DNA of 64,000 nt, taken from positions 1,167 to 65,166 of the forward strand of contig CAWBVY010000004.1 of NCBI GenBank assembly GCA_963792415.1, read 5' to 3'. Below the pieces are notes generated by a model, which was not told the DNA's origin, did no database searches, and saw only the letters and a program-made list of their open reading frames with translations. Position 1 is the stretch's first letter, and each line of letters starts with the position of its first letter. The position numbers were made by a program, and so were the translations under genes. This document shows positions 1-8,431 of this stretch, in pieces. This stretch comes from Candidatus Deferrimicrobiaceae bacterium (lineage in GTDB: Bacteria > Desulfobacterota > Deferrimicrobia > Deferrimicrobiales > Deferrimicrobiaceae).

Positions 1-1348
1 GTGCTTGTGCCGCCGGGTTTCCACGGACCTCCGCATCGAGGAACATAAACGTCCACGTAAAGATGTCGTAGGTCGAGGCAACGTCGAACCCGTGGGTCAC
101 ACCCGAGAGTGCAACCAGCTCGCGGGTCCCTGTGAGGCGGGACATGCCTGACTTCACTTCGGAGATCGGAGCGGTCGTGTCCGCCGTCCCGCTGATGCCG
201 AGGAACGGCAGAGTGATGCCGTCGAGTCCGTGCTGGTCTCGCCCGAAGGCAGGCAGGACCGGCTGCCCGAAATACGGCACGTAGCCGACCGCCGCCTTGA
301 TCCGCGGATCGTGGGTGACCTGATTCGATGACAACCCGGGGTAGGAGGTCGTCAGGCGGGCGCCGCCCAACAGCAACATCGTCTCGCCGCCCATGCTCGC
401 TCCGAAGCCGCCGATCTGTGTATTATCGATGTGACTTTGCCATTTTGGATCCCCGAGCACGCGGTCGAGCGCCTTGGAAATCGAAAGCGGTCGCAGTGCC
501 TGCAGCGCCGTGAAGTTGCTCAATGGAAACAAGTCAATGACGTCGCCGAGGTTGTCGATCCTGAGGTCGGAAAAGCGCAGGTCGCCGTGAAACGGGGCGA
601 TGACAACGTATCCGTAACTCGCGAATATGGTCAGCGCCGAAATGTAATCGCCGGAAATTGGGCTGCCGCTGTAACCATGCGAAAACGCGACCACCGGATA
701 ACGAGCCGAGGCGTCCGCAAATATCGGCCCATCCGATCCGGTCTGCATGTGCGGCACAACCTTGCCGGTGGTCCACAGCGGATAGTCGGGACGGGGATTA
801 TCGACCGTAGTGGGATAGCACGCGAGCACCACGAACACGACATCATCCCCGGCAAACGACCCGTAGAGATTCGAGTCCTGCGGCGCGGTCACCGTGGCGA
901 TCAGCGTATTCCCCGGGTCCGCCAGCAGATCGGTCGCATAGCGCGCCGTACCGTCACCCGACGGCGCGCCTTCCCAATAGCTCGTCGCGTCTTCGTCCGC
1001 ACCCACGCGACTGAAATCCTGGACGACGTTGCTGCACGCAACCGCATAGGGACCCGGCAACGGCAAAGGCTGTACGACGACGGTCGGCGCCGAGGCACCC
1101 GGCGGATTGCTGCTGCCACCGCCGCCACACCCGGCGAGCGCGAGTGCGATCCCCGACAAGGACGATATCAGTGTTGCCGCCAACAACGCTCCCCGCAAGA
1201 ACCTGTTCATGAAGGAATCTTCTCGACGGCAACCCCTTCGAGCAAATTGCCGGCCATGCTGCTTGTCAAATTCCGTAACGTCATTTAAGCGATCGGAAAA
1301 TCCATGATTGTTGCCGTCATCCCATCGACAGACCGTGACCGCTCGCAT
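1..1348 (-). CDS. Alpha/beta-hydrolase lipoprotein, platelet-activating-factor acetylhydrolase-like. The 3' end runs off the window. The lipoprotein signal starts at Met-1210 (MNRFLRGALLAATLISSLSGIALALAGC); an in-frame upstream ATG at 1348 has a strong RBS.
   Basis: Reverse-strand translation gives a lipobox LAGC and a nucleophile elbow G-A-S-M-G-G. The stretch VVAFSHGYSGSPISGDYISALTIFASYGYVVIAPFHGD is typical of the PAF-AH (PF03403-like) fold. The ORF is open to coordinate 1. An AAAGGAGG RBS precedes the ATG at 1348. Confidence 0.6.
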   Translation of the reverse strand, partial: MRAVTVCRWDDGNNHGFSDRLNDVTEFDKQHGRQFARRGCRREDSFMNRFLRGALLAATLISSLSGIALALAGCGGGGSSNPPGASAPTVVVQPLPLPGPYAVACSNVVQDFSRVGADEDATSYWEGAPSGDGTARYATDLLADPGNTLIATVTAPQDSNLYGSFAGDDVVFVVLACYPTTVDNPRPDYPLWTTGKVVPHMQTGSDGPIFADASARYPVVAFSHGYSGSPISGDYISALTIFASYGYVVIAPFHGDLRFSDLRIDNLGDVIDLFPLSNFTALQALRPLSISKALDRVLGDPKWQSHIDNTQIGGFGASMGGETMLLLGGARLTTSYPGLSSNQVTHDPRIKAAVGYVPYFGQPVLPAFGRDQHGLDGITLPFLGISGTADTTAPISEVKSGMSRLTGTRELVALSGVTHGFDVASTYDIFTWTFMFLDAEVRGNPAAQA

Positions 1349-1501
1349 CGTGGCCTCCTTTTCCCTCTTCCTTCAACCGGTCAGCGCGGGAATTCTCGTG
1401 TTTCCAACACGGTAATCCTTCCCGCCAGCCTTCGGAATCGGCTTCCGTCCGAAACGCGAGTCGCCGTTTGTCTGATTCTCGGCCCGGTGTTTGTCCTATG
1501 G
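1349..1501 (-). repeat. Copy A of the conserved upstream element (core 1429-1501 plus conserved leader to ATG 1348).
   Basis: Core CCTTCGGaATCGGCTTCcGTCCGAAAcGCGAGTCGCcGTTTGTCTGATTCTcGGCCCGGTGTTTGTCCTATGG aligns to five other copies. The leader carries GTGTTGGAAACACGAGAATTCCC...GGAAAAGGAGGccacgATG, nearly identical to copy F. Confidence 0.8.
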
Positions 1502-1550
1502 TTCAGAGCATCCGGAGGATGTGGAGGATGGCCGGCGGTTGTTCCATTCT

Positions 1551-2978
1551 TCATTCCGGCGGCGCCACCGAGCCGGCGTAGAACACTTCGCACGGCCCCG
1601 CGAAGAGTTTTCCCGTCTGTTTAATCAGATTGAGCAACGGCCCCGCAGCGGTTTGGAGGACGCTCACCTTCTCCACCTCCGGTTTCCGGAAAGGGCCTTG
1701 GATCTTTTGCCGCACCTTGGCGCATCCCTTCCCGTCGACCACCGCCACGGTGACATCGTTGAACCGTTCGTTGACGAAATCGAGACTCCCCACGAGCGCG
1801 ATCCGATTCTGGTTCGTAGCCATCGCCACATCCTTCGCCTGCGCAATGCCGCGTTCCACCTTCCAGTCGGAGACGAGCACCCGGATACTGCTGCTGCCGC
1901 CTGACCCCATGAAGAGACTCCCGAAGTTATATCCCTTCGTGATCAGCGGGCCGAAGGGGCCAGCAAAAAAGAAGGCGCCAACGTCGACAAGGTTGAAGTT
2001 CTGGCTGGCTTCGTATCGGGAGAACGTGCCGTCGAGGTCTACGCCGTCGAGCGTCAGGTTTCCACCCCGAAGGGAGAACTCGCCATTCGCGTTCCGCTTC
2101 ATCTCGTTCGCAGTCTTTCCCTGCGTCGAAAGGCGCGAGGAGAAGTCCATCGACCCTTCCGCGGCCTTCTTCGGCGACAGGGTCTTGAGGAACTCCTCGA
2201 TGCGGAATTTCGACAGGGAATATCGAACGTTGTAATGGGGGACAGGGCCCGAAAGGTCCGCCAGGAGGCTTCCCGACCCTTGCCCTCCGAAGAGGCGCAT
2301 CGTAGCCGGGTTGAGATCGAGGACGCCGCCCTTTCCCTCGATGTGGACTTTCAGGTTCGAGACCGCCAAACTCCCCTTGCGGAACTCCTTGCAGGAGAAC
2401 TCCGCCGTAAAGGAAAGGTTCTTCAGGAGGTGGTCCGGGGTTTCCCCTCCGGTGAACCGCAGGCGGCTCACGTCCAGGTCGAAGTTCCCGGCCTCGAGCA
2501 CTTCCCCGGAAATATTGTCCGCATAGAAGAGGGCGCCCTCCGAGAGGAAAAATTTCTTCGCGTTCAGAAAGAATCGCGTCCCTTTGGTCTCCTTCCGTTC
2601 TTCGAAGTTGAATTTCCCGTCGCGGTCCTGCTCGATGGAGATCCGGGGGCGCTTCATCCCGATCTTTACGATCCGGACTTCCTTGTGGAGGAGGGGGAGA
2701 AGTTCGATCCCGAGGATGGCCTCCTTCGCGGAGGCAACGTCCAAACCGCGGTTCCGGATGCGCACATCCCCCAGCGTTACATGGAAGCCCGGGAAGAAGC
2801 CGATCCCCAGATTGCCGCCGATGCGGACTTCCATCCCCAGAGCGTCGGAGGCGGCCGCCTCCAGCCGGGGCTTGTGCGCGTTCACATCCACGAAGAGAAC
2901 CAGCACGACCGCCGCGAGGATGAGAAGCGCAACGATCCCCCCGGCCGCGAAGAGGACGATTTTCCGTTTGTTGGCCAT
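1551..2978 (-). CDS. AsmA-family outer-membrane assembly protein.
   Basis: N-terminal TM (IVLFAAGGIVALLILAAVVLVLFV) followed by an AsmA-like N-domain (GMEVRIGGNLGIGFFPGFHVTLGDVRIRN). 475 aa. Confidence 0.55.
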   Translation of the reverse strand: MANKRKIVLFAAGGIVALLILAAVVLVLFVDVNAHKPRLEAAASDALGMEVRIGGNLGIGFFPGFHVTLGDVRIRNRGLDVASAKEAILGIELLPLLHKEVRIVKIGMKRPRISIEQDRDGKFNFEERKETKGTRFFLNAKKFFLSEGALFYADNISGEVLEAGNFDLDVSRLRFTGGETPDHLLKNLSFTAEFSCKEFRKGSLAVSNLKVHIEGKGGVLDLNPATMRLFGGQGSGSLLADLSGPVPHYNVRYSLSKFRIEEFLKTLSPKKAAEGSMDFSSRLSTQGKTANEMKRNANGEFSLRGGNLTLDGVDLDGTFSRYEASQNFNLVDVGAFFFAGPFGPLITKGYNFGSLFMGSGGSSSIRVLVSDWKVERGIAQAKDVAMATNQNRIALVGSLDFVNERFNDVTVAVVDGKGCAKVRQKIQGPFRKPEVEKVSVLQTAAGPLLNLIKQTGKLFAGPCEVFYAGSVAPPE

Positions 2979-3061
2979 TCGTTTTCCCCTTTATAAGGTC
3001 AGGGGGGCGACCCCGTACAATCTTCGGGATCGCGGCTTATTCAACATTCTTCGAAGATCTC

Positions 3062-4468
3062 CTACAACCCACGTTCAAATTGATGCGCAAACCACTCCTT
3101 GACTCTGTTGAGCCAAGGTCTTTTTCCCCACTCTTCCAGCCGAATCTCATCGGACGCCGCGATATCCCCTGCGAACATCTTCTCCATTTCCGCGGCGAAT
3201 TCCTTGTTCAGAATCACCGCGTTCACCTCGTCGTTGGAGGAAAAACTCCAGAAGTCCATATTGGTCGAGCCGACCGTCGACCAGACGTTGTCGATTACCG
3301 CGGTTTTCGCATGCAGCAGGACATCCCGGCGTTCGTATAACTTCACCCCCGATTTCAAAAGCTCGGAATAGTAATACCTTCCTGCATTCATGGTCAGGGA
3401 AGAATCGGTGGTTCCGGGAAGAACAATCTTCACGTCGACCCCGCGACTGGCGGCATCGATGAGAGCTTTCACCGTCTCTTCATCGGGGACAAAATACGCA
3501 TTCGTCAGGTGGAGCGAATTTTCCGAAAACGTGATGGCGGACACATACAGGACGAACGTGAGCCTGTTGGTCTCTCCCGGGGAACTGCCGACCGCCCGCA
3601 CCAGGGCATCCCCCCCGGCTTTCGGAGCCGGGAAATAGTTCCGCTCGGAAAGTTTCGGGCCCTCCTGTCGCTGCCACGTGTCCAGAAACAGTTTCTGGAA
3701 TTCAGCCACGACCGGGCCTTCGATCCGAACGTCCGTGTCACGCCAAGGTATCGCCGCGATGTTGTCCTGTTTTCCCCCGGAAAGCTGGCTACTCCCGGAA
3801 GGCCGGCTTGAATAAACCGCACTGATGTTGATGCCCCCCGTAAAAGCGACTTTACCGTCGATAATCAGAATCTTGCGGTGATCCGGATGCGCAATGCCCC
3901 ATGATTTGCCGGCTTCCAGGGGATTGATCGGGTTGAAGGCGACGACCAGAATTCCCGCATCGCGCAGGCGCTGAAAAAACGGAGCGGGAGTATTGAAGCT
4001 CCCTCTGCTGTCATAGATGAGATTCACCTGGACGCCTTCCGCCTGTTTTTTCAGCAACAGTTCGGAAAATCTGCGGCCTGTTTCATCGTCTTCAATGATA
4101 AAAGTTTCAAGGTTGATATGGTCCCTGGCATTCTCCATCGCCTTGAACATGGCGGCGTAGGTCGCAGGACCATCGATGAGCAGAGTGACTTTGTTCCCGT
4201 TTGTCAGCGGGCTTCCGCTCACCGACTCGATGACGGCGCTATAGCGTTGCAGCATGTCCGTCGGGGCGACGGAATTCTTCAGCCGATCCATAAGAACCTT
4301 GCTTTTTCCGGGAGACAACAATCCATTCGCCGAGAGGATTTGAGGGGGTTCCTGGGTGCTCGCGTTATCGATCGCGTCCGAAACCTTCGGCAATGTCGCA
4401 CATCCGCCGCCGAGGCTCAGCAGGGAGACCGACAGCAAGAACCAAATGAAAGACCTGATGATCTTCAT
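3062..4468 (-). CDS. Phospholipase-D family cardiolipin-synthase-like lipoprotein.
   Basis: Two HKD motifs (HRKILIIDGKVAFTGGINI and HAKTAVIDNVWSTVGSTNMD). Signal peptide and lipobox LSLGGGC. Confidence 0.8.
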   Translation of the reverse strand: MKIIRSFIWFLLSVSLLSLGGGCATLPKVSDAIDNASTQEPPQILSANGLLSPGKSKVLMDRLKNSVAPTDMLQRYSAVIESVSGSPLTNGNKVTLLIDGPATYAAMFKAMENARDHINLETFIIEDDETGRRFSELLLKKQAEGVQVNLIYDSRGSFNTPAPFFQRLRDAGILVVAFNPINPLEAGKSWGIAHPDHRKILIIDGKVAFTGGINISAVYSSRPSGSSQLSGGKQDNIAAIPWRDTDVRIEGPVVAEFQKLFLDTWQRQEGPKLSERNYFPAPKAGGDALVRAVGSSPGETNRLTFVLYVSAITFSENSLHLTNAYFVPDEETVKALIDAASRGVDVKIVLPGTTDSSLTMNAGRYYYSELLKSGVKLYERRDVLLHAKTAVIDNVWSTVGSTNMDFWSFSSNDEVNAVILNKEFAAEMEKMFAGDIAASDEIRLEEWGKRPWLNRVKEWFAHQFERGL

Positions 4469-4549
4469 CGTTTATTCCGATGGTAAATAATTTGTATCCC
4501 AGCGGCATGAAGAAACCTGTTCATGCAGCCGGAGGATATGCCGCCCTCG

Positions 4550-4735
4550 CTACTTCCCGAAAACCTTCTTGACCTGGCCGAACTTTCCCTGAATTTTGCC
4601 GGCGATCTTTTCGCCGGTGCCTTCCGCTTCCAACGTTGGATCATCGCTTAGTTTCCCGGCGACCTCCTTGACCTTGCCCTTCAGTTCGTGAAACGTGCCT
4701 TCCGCCTTGTCCTTCGTGCCGGATTTCATGTGCAT
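4550..4735 (-). CDS. CsbD-family general stress protein.
   Basis: 61 aa, MHMKSGTKDKAEGTFHELKGKVKEVAGKLSDDPTLEAEGTGEKIAGKIQGKFGQVKKVFGK; classic CsbD repeats. RBS GAAGGAGGA. Confidence 0.9.
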   Translation of the reverse strand: MHMKSGTKDKAEGTFHELKGKVKEVAGKLSDDPTLEAEGTGEKIAGKIQGKFGQVKKVFGK

Positions 4736-4878
4736 TCCTCCTTCGTATCTCGCCCTGCAGGCGCCGGTTTTCCCGTATTAAACACACGGTAACGCTGCCC
4801 GCCGGCCTTCGGTATCGGCTTCTGTCCGAAACACGAGTCGCTGTTTGTCCGATTCTTGGTCCGGTGTTTGTCCTATGG
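4736..4878 (-). repeat. Copy B of the conserved upstream element (core 4806-4878), reading toward csbD.
   Basis: CCTTCGGTATCGGCTTCTGTCCGAAACACGAGTCGCTGTTTGTCCGATTCTTGGTCCGGTGTTTGTCCTATGG, followed by a leader with TTACCGTGT and RBS-ATG of csbD. Confidence 0.8.
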
Positions 4879-4938
4879 GTTGAAGCGTCTGCTGCGGATG
4901 GAAAACTTTCTCGTCCCCTCTTCGGAAAACCGTTCGAT

Positions 4939-5098
4939 CCATCGGACAAACACCGGTGTGAAAATCGGACAAACAACGAATCACATTTCGGACATAGGCC
5001 GATGCCCCCAACGCCGGAACGGGGCTATCTTGGCGATATCAGTTTGAATAACCGGGGGGGGCGGATGACCGTTCCCAAGTCCAAGTAGAGGAGCCGGC
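4939..5098 (+). repeat. Copy C of the conserved upstream element (core 4939-5006, inverted relative to B), reading toward the 5099 ORF.
   Basis: CCATCGGACAAACACCGGtgtgaAAATCGGACAAACAacgaatcacaTTTCGGACATAGGCCGATGCC. B and C sit tail-to-tail 60 bp apart, giving divergent arrangement. Confidence 0.75.
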
Positions 5099-6709
5099 AT
5101 GTCGACGTCGAAAATACTCTCCAAAGGATGGCACAACAACAGGCGAGAGGGTAACGGATCGAGGCCCGCCGGAATGTTCCGGCGGGCGCTCCTCTCCGGA
5201 GCCATCGCACTCATTCTCCTGTTGCCGGGCGCGGGCTTCTCCGCGGAGCCCGCCCCTGCCGCCGCTCCTGCCGAGGGGGCGGTGGCGGCCGTCGACAATC
5301 TTCTGATCACGACGCCTCCCCCTCCCCCCAACGTGCGGAAGCCGGTTCTGGCGTGGGGAGAGGGAAACGGCAAGAGCTATTCGGTTCCAGCGTGGGACAT
5401 CCTTGGCTTCGAGGCGCTCCTCAACGTGTACGGCCGGATCGTTTACCCCGACCTGGTGGACCCGAAATATTCGAACGGAAAGAAAGTCTACAGCGTGACC
5501 CTGGAAACCATAAAGGACCACATACTCCACGGCCCCTGGGGATTCGACGGCGACGACTTCCAGGTGAACCAGCTCCAGCATCCGTATCAGGGATCCGTCT
5601 ATCATGGATTCGCGCGGTCGGCCGGCCTCGGCTTCTGGCCATCGGCCGCCTATACCTTCCTGGGCAGCCTGGCCTGGGAGATTGCCGGGGAGACCACGAA
5701 TCCCTCCATCAACGACCAGGTCGCGAGCGGCATCGGCGGGAGTCTCATGGGGGAGCCGCTCTTCCGGTTGTCGAGCCTGATCCTCGAAGACGGCGGCGAT
5801 CACCCCGGATTCTGGCGCGAGCTGGGCGCGGCGGTGATCTCGCCCCCGACCGGCTTCAATCGCCTCGCTTTCGGCGACCGGTTCAAAGGGGTGTTCCCGA
5901 GCCACAACCCGGCCACCTTCACGCGCCTGCGGCTCGGCGTGAGCCTTACCAATCAGGTTTCCGGAGTGTCAACCGACAACGTCGACCAGCGAGAAGTGTC
6001 CGCAGACTACTCCCTCTCCTACGGGCTCCCCGGGAAAGACGGCTACACCTACGACCGCCCGTTCGACTACTTCCACTTCCAATTCACCGTTGTCTCCAGC
6101 AAGAACGGCTTCGAAAACCTCATGACCCGCGGCCTTCTTTTCGGAAAGAAATACGAGGCGGGCGAGGACTATCGCGGGATATGGGGCCTTTACGGGAGCT
6201 TCGACTACATCTCGCCGCAGGTTTTCCGCGTTTCCAGCACGGCCCTTTCCCTCGGCACTACCGGCCAGTGGTGGCTCACGCGCGCGATAGCGCTTCAAGG
6301 CTCGGCGCTCGGCGGAGTCGGATACGGCGCGTCGGGCTCCGTCCACCCCGTTGAGGAGCGCGACTACCACTACGGCGGGGTAGGTCAGGGGCTTCTTGCG
6401 GGACGCCTGATCTTCGGGGACAAGGCCATGATCGACCTGACGGCACGCGAATACTATATCAGCGGCTTCGGTTCCACCCAGACGGATGGATCGGAACGCA
6501 TCTTCCGCGGAAACGCGTCGTTCACCGTGAGCATTTACAAGCGCCACGCGCTCGGGATCCAGTACGTCATGTCGCGCCGGGATGCGTCCTCTCCCCTTGT
6601 CCCCGACACGCATCAAACGGTTGGAACCTGGAGCCTCGCCTACAACTTCCTCGGCAGCTCCCGGTTCGGCGCCGTCGAGTGGCGGCCTGCCGAAATCGAG
6701 GCTCGCTGA
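5099..6709 (+). CDS. Secreted / outer-membrane hypothetical protein (DUF3943-like).
   Basis: Signal peptide (ALLSGAIALILLLPGAGFSA), a Pro-rich linker, and a conserved ETTNPSINDQVASGIGGSLMGEPLFR block. 536 aa. Family assignment is tentative. Confidence 0.45.
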   Translation: MSTSKILSKGWHNNRREGNGSRPAGMFRRALLSGAIALILLLPGAGFSAEPAPAAAPAEGAVAAVDNLLITTPPPPPNVRKPVLAWGEGNGKSYSVPAWDILGFEALLNVYGRIVYPDLVDPKYSNGKKVYSVTLETIKDHILHGPWGFDGDDFQVNQLQHPYQGSVYHGFARSAGLGFWPSAAYTFLGSLAWEIAGETTNPSINDQVASGIGGSLMGEPLFRLSSLILEDGGDHPGFWRELGAAVISPPTGFNRLAFGDRFKGVFPSHNPATFTRLRLGVSLTNQVSGVSTDNVDQREVSADYSLSYGLPGKDGYTYDRPFDYFHFQFTVVSSKNGFENLMTRGLLFGKKYEAGEDYRGIWGLYGSFDYISPQVFRVSSTALSLGTTGQWWLTRAIALQGSALGGVGYGASGSVHPVEERDYHYGGVGQGLLAGRLIFGDKAMIDLTAREYYISGFGSTQTDGSERIFRGNASFTVSIYKRHALGIQYVMSRRDASSPLVPDTHQTVGTWSLAYNFLGSSRFGAVEWRPAEIEAR

Positions 6710-6712
6710 ATC

Positions 6713-7534
6713 GTGATGTCGCGGAAGGCGAACGGAACAACGGCGATGATCCATTTCCTCCGAATCGGCTTTGGACTGGCCGTGTTGCTTCTCCCTCTCG
6801 GCCATCGATGCGTCGCGGAGGACAACGGGGCGATTTCACGGAGCTACGAAGCCGTAAAAACGGACTTCGGGAATTTTTACCTGGACCGGGGGAACCTGAC
6901 CCGGCTCGGGATCGGCGTTGCCGGAGCCGCCGTGTTCGCCAACACAAATATGGATATGTATATCCGCGACAAGTATCAGAACAGCACGCGAAGCCACCTG
7001 ACGGACCAGGCGACGAAAATATTCAATGGTTCCGCCACCGAAATCGCTCTCGTTCTCGGAACGTCCTACCTCGGCGCCTACGGGGCCGGGGTGTGGCTTC
7101 ATAATCCGACGATGGAGGAATGGGCCCTGAAATCGGTCCGTGCGACCGTTGTGGGCGCACCCGCCCTCGTGTTCCTGGCGGTGGCAACCGGGGCAGACCG
7201 GCCGACCGAGGGAGATTCCCACTGGGGGGGGTATCAGAATTTCCACGGGGTGAGCGGCCACACGTACTTCGCGGCGGTTCCTTTCATCACCGCCGCGAAG
7301 ATGAGCGAAAACCCCTACCAGAAGGGGGTCCTCTATTTTCTATCGACGTTTCCGGCGCTCTCCCGGATCAACGACGACAAGCACTATTTTTCCCAGGTCG
7401 CCCTGGGGTGGTACCTCGCGTATTTGAGCTGCGCCGTCGTCGAGAAGGGAACCGATCAGCGGGAAGGACGCACGCATGTCCTGCTCGCTCCCGTCCCCAA
7501 AGGGCTCGCGGTTACGGTGCAGAAGAGGTACTGA
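6713..7534 (+). CDS. PAP2-superfamily phosphatase (membrane/periplasmic).
   Basis: FHGVSGHTYFAAVPF ... SRINDDKHYFSQVALG (PAP2 motifs 2 and 3). Start overlaps the upstream stop (TGATG). Confidence 0.65.
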   Translation: MMSRKANGTTAMIHFLRIGFGLAVLLLPLGHRCVAEDNGAISRSYEAVKTDFGNFYLDRGNLTRLGIGVAGAAVFANTNMDMYIRDKYQNSTRSHLTDQATKIFNGSATEIALVLGTSYLGAYGAGVWLHNPTMEEWALKSVRATVVGAPALVFLAVATGADRPTEGDSHWGGYQNFHGVSGHTYFAAVPFITAAKMSENPYQKGVLYFLSTFPALSRINDDKHYFSQVALGWYLAYLSCAVVEKGTDQREGRTHVLLAPVPKGLAVTVQKRY

Positions 7535-7541
7535 CCGCGTC

Positions 7542-8369
7542 ATGGCGCTTCCGGGGAGAGCGACGGCCGGCCTGCTGGTCCTCGTGACAGCGCTGCTGTG
7601 GCAGCGCCCCATCGCGGCGGCCCCGGTACCGGTGCGTTTCGCCGAGGGGTCCCTCCACGGCTTCCTCGTGCTGACCACCCCGAAGGAAGTCCTCATCGCC
7701 TCAGGCGATCTTCTCCAGGTCGGCCGGGACGGAGAAGTCAGGAGTCGCCTGGTATTCCACTTCAAGGATGGATCGCTGCTCGACGAGACGGTGGTGTTCA
7801 CCCAGCGGAACGTCTTTACCCTGCAGAGCTACCATCTGGTGCAGCGCGGGCCGGCGTTCCCCGAGGACACCGAGATCTCGCTGGACCGGGCCTCCGGGAA
7901 GTACCGTGTGAAAACCAGGGCCCGCAAGGACGGACGGGAGAACCAGCTCGACGGCACGCTCGATCTGCCCCTCGACGTCTACAACGGCATGGTCCTCACC
8001 GTACTGAAGAACCTGTCCGGAGGGGCCGGCGATACCATCCACATGGTAGCCTTCACTCCCGCGCCGAAACTCATCCAACTGAAAATGGTACCGGCGGGCG
8101 AGCAGAAAGTGCTGGTCGGCGGATCCGAAAAATCCGCAACCCACTACGTGCTCAAGCCGATTCTCGGTTTCTGGTTGAAACTTTTCACGACGCTGCTTGG
8201 GCGCGTGCCCCCGGACAACCACGCCTGGATCATCACCGCCGACGTGCCGGCATTCGTGAAGTTCGAAGGGCCGCTCTACATGAACGGACCGGTCTGGCGG
8301 ATCGAACTCACCAGCCCCCGCGGGACCGGCCGGAAGCCTCCGGTTGAGGAAGATCGCCAGATAAAATAA
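7542..8369 (+). CDS. Hypothetical secreted protein.
   Basis: Signal peptide MALPGRATAGLLVLVTALLWQRPIAAAP. Coding-like composition; no recognisable domain. Confidence 0.5.
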   Translation: MALPGRATAGLLVLVTALLWQRPIAAAPVPVRFAEGSLHGFLVLTTPKEVLIASGDLLQVGRDGEVRSRLVFHFKDGSLLDETVVFTQRNVFTLQSYHLVQRGPAFPEDTEISLDRASGKYRVKTRARKDGRENQLDGTLDLPLDVYNGMVLTVLKNLSGGAGDTIHMVAFTPAPKLIQLKMVPAGEQKVLVGGSEKSATHYVLKPILGFWLKLFTTLLGRVPPDNHAWIITADVPAFVKFEGPLYMNGPVWRIELTSPRGTGRKPPVEEDRQIK

Positions 8370-8431
8370 CCTGTGTTCGTACGGATCGCGGAAGGTTCCG
8401 GGATTCGAAGCATTCTTCACCAGGAGGCCGG

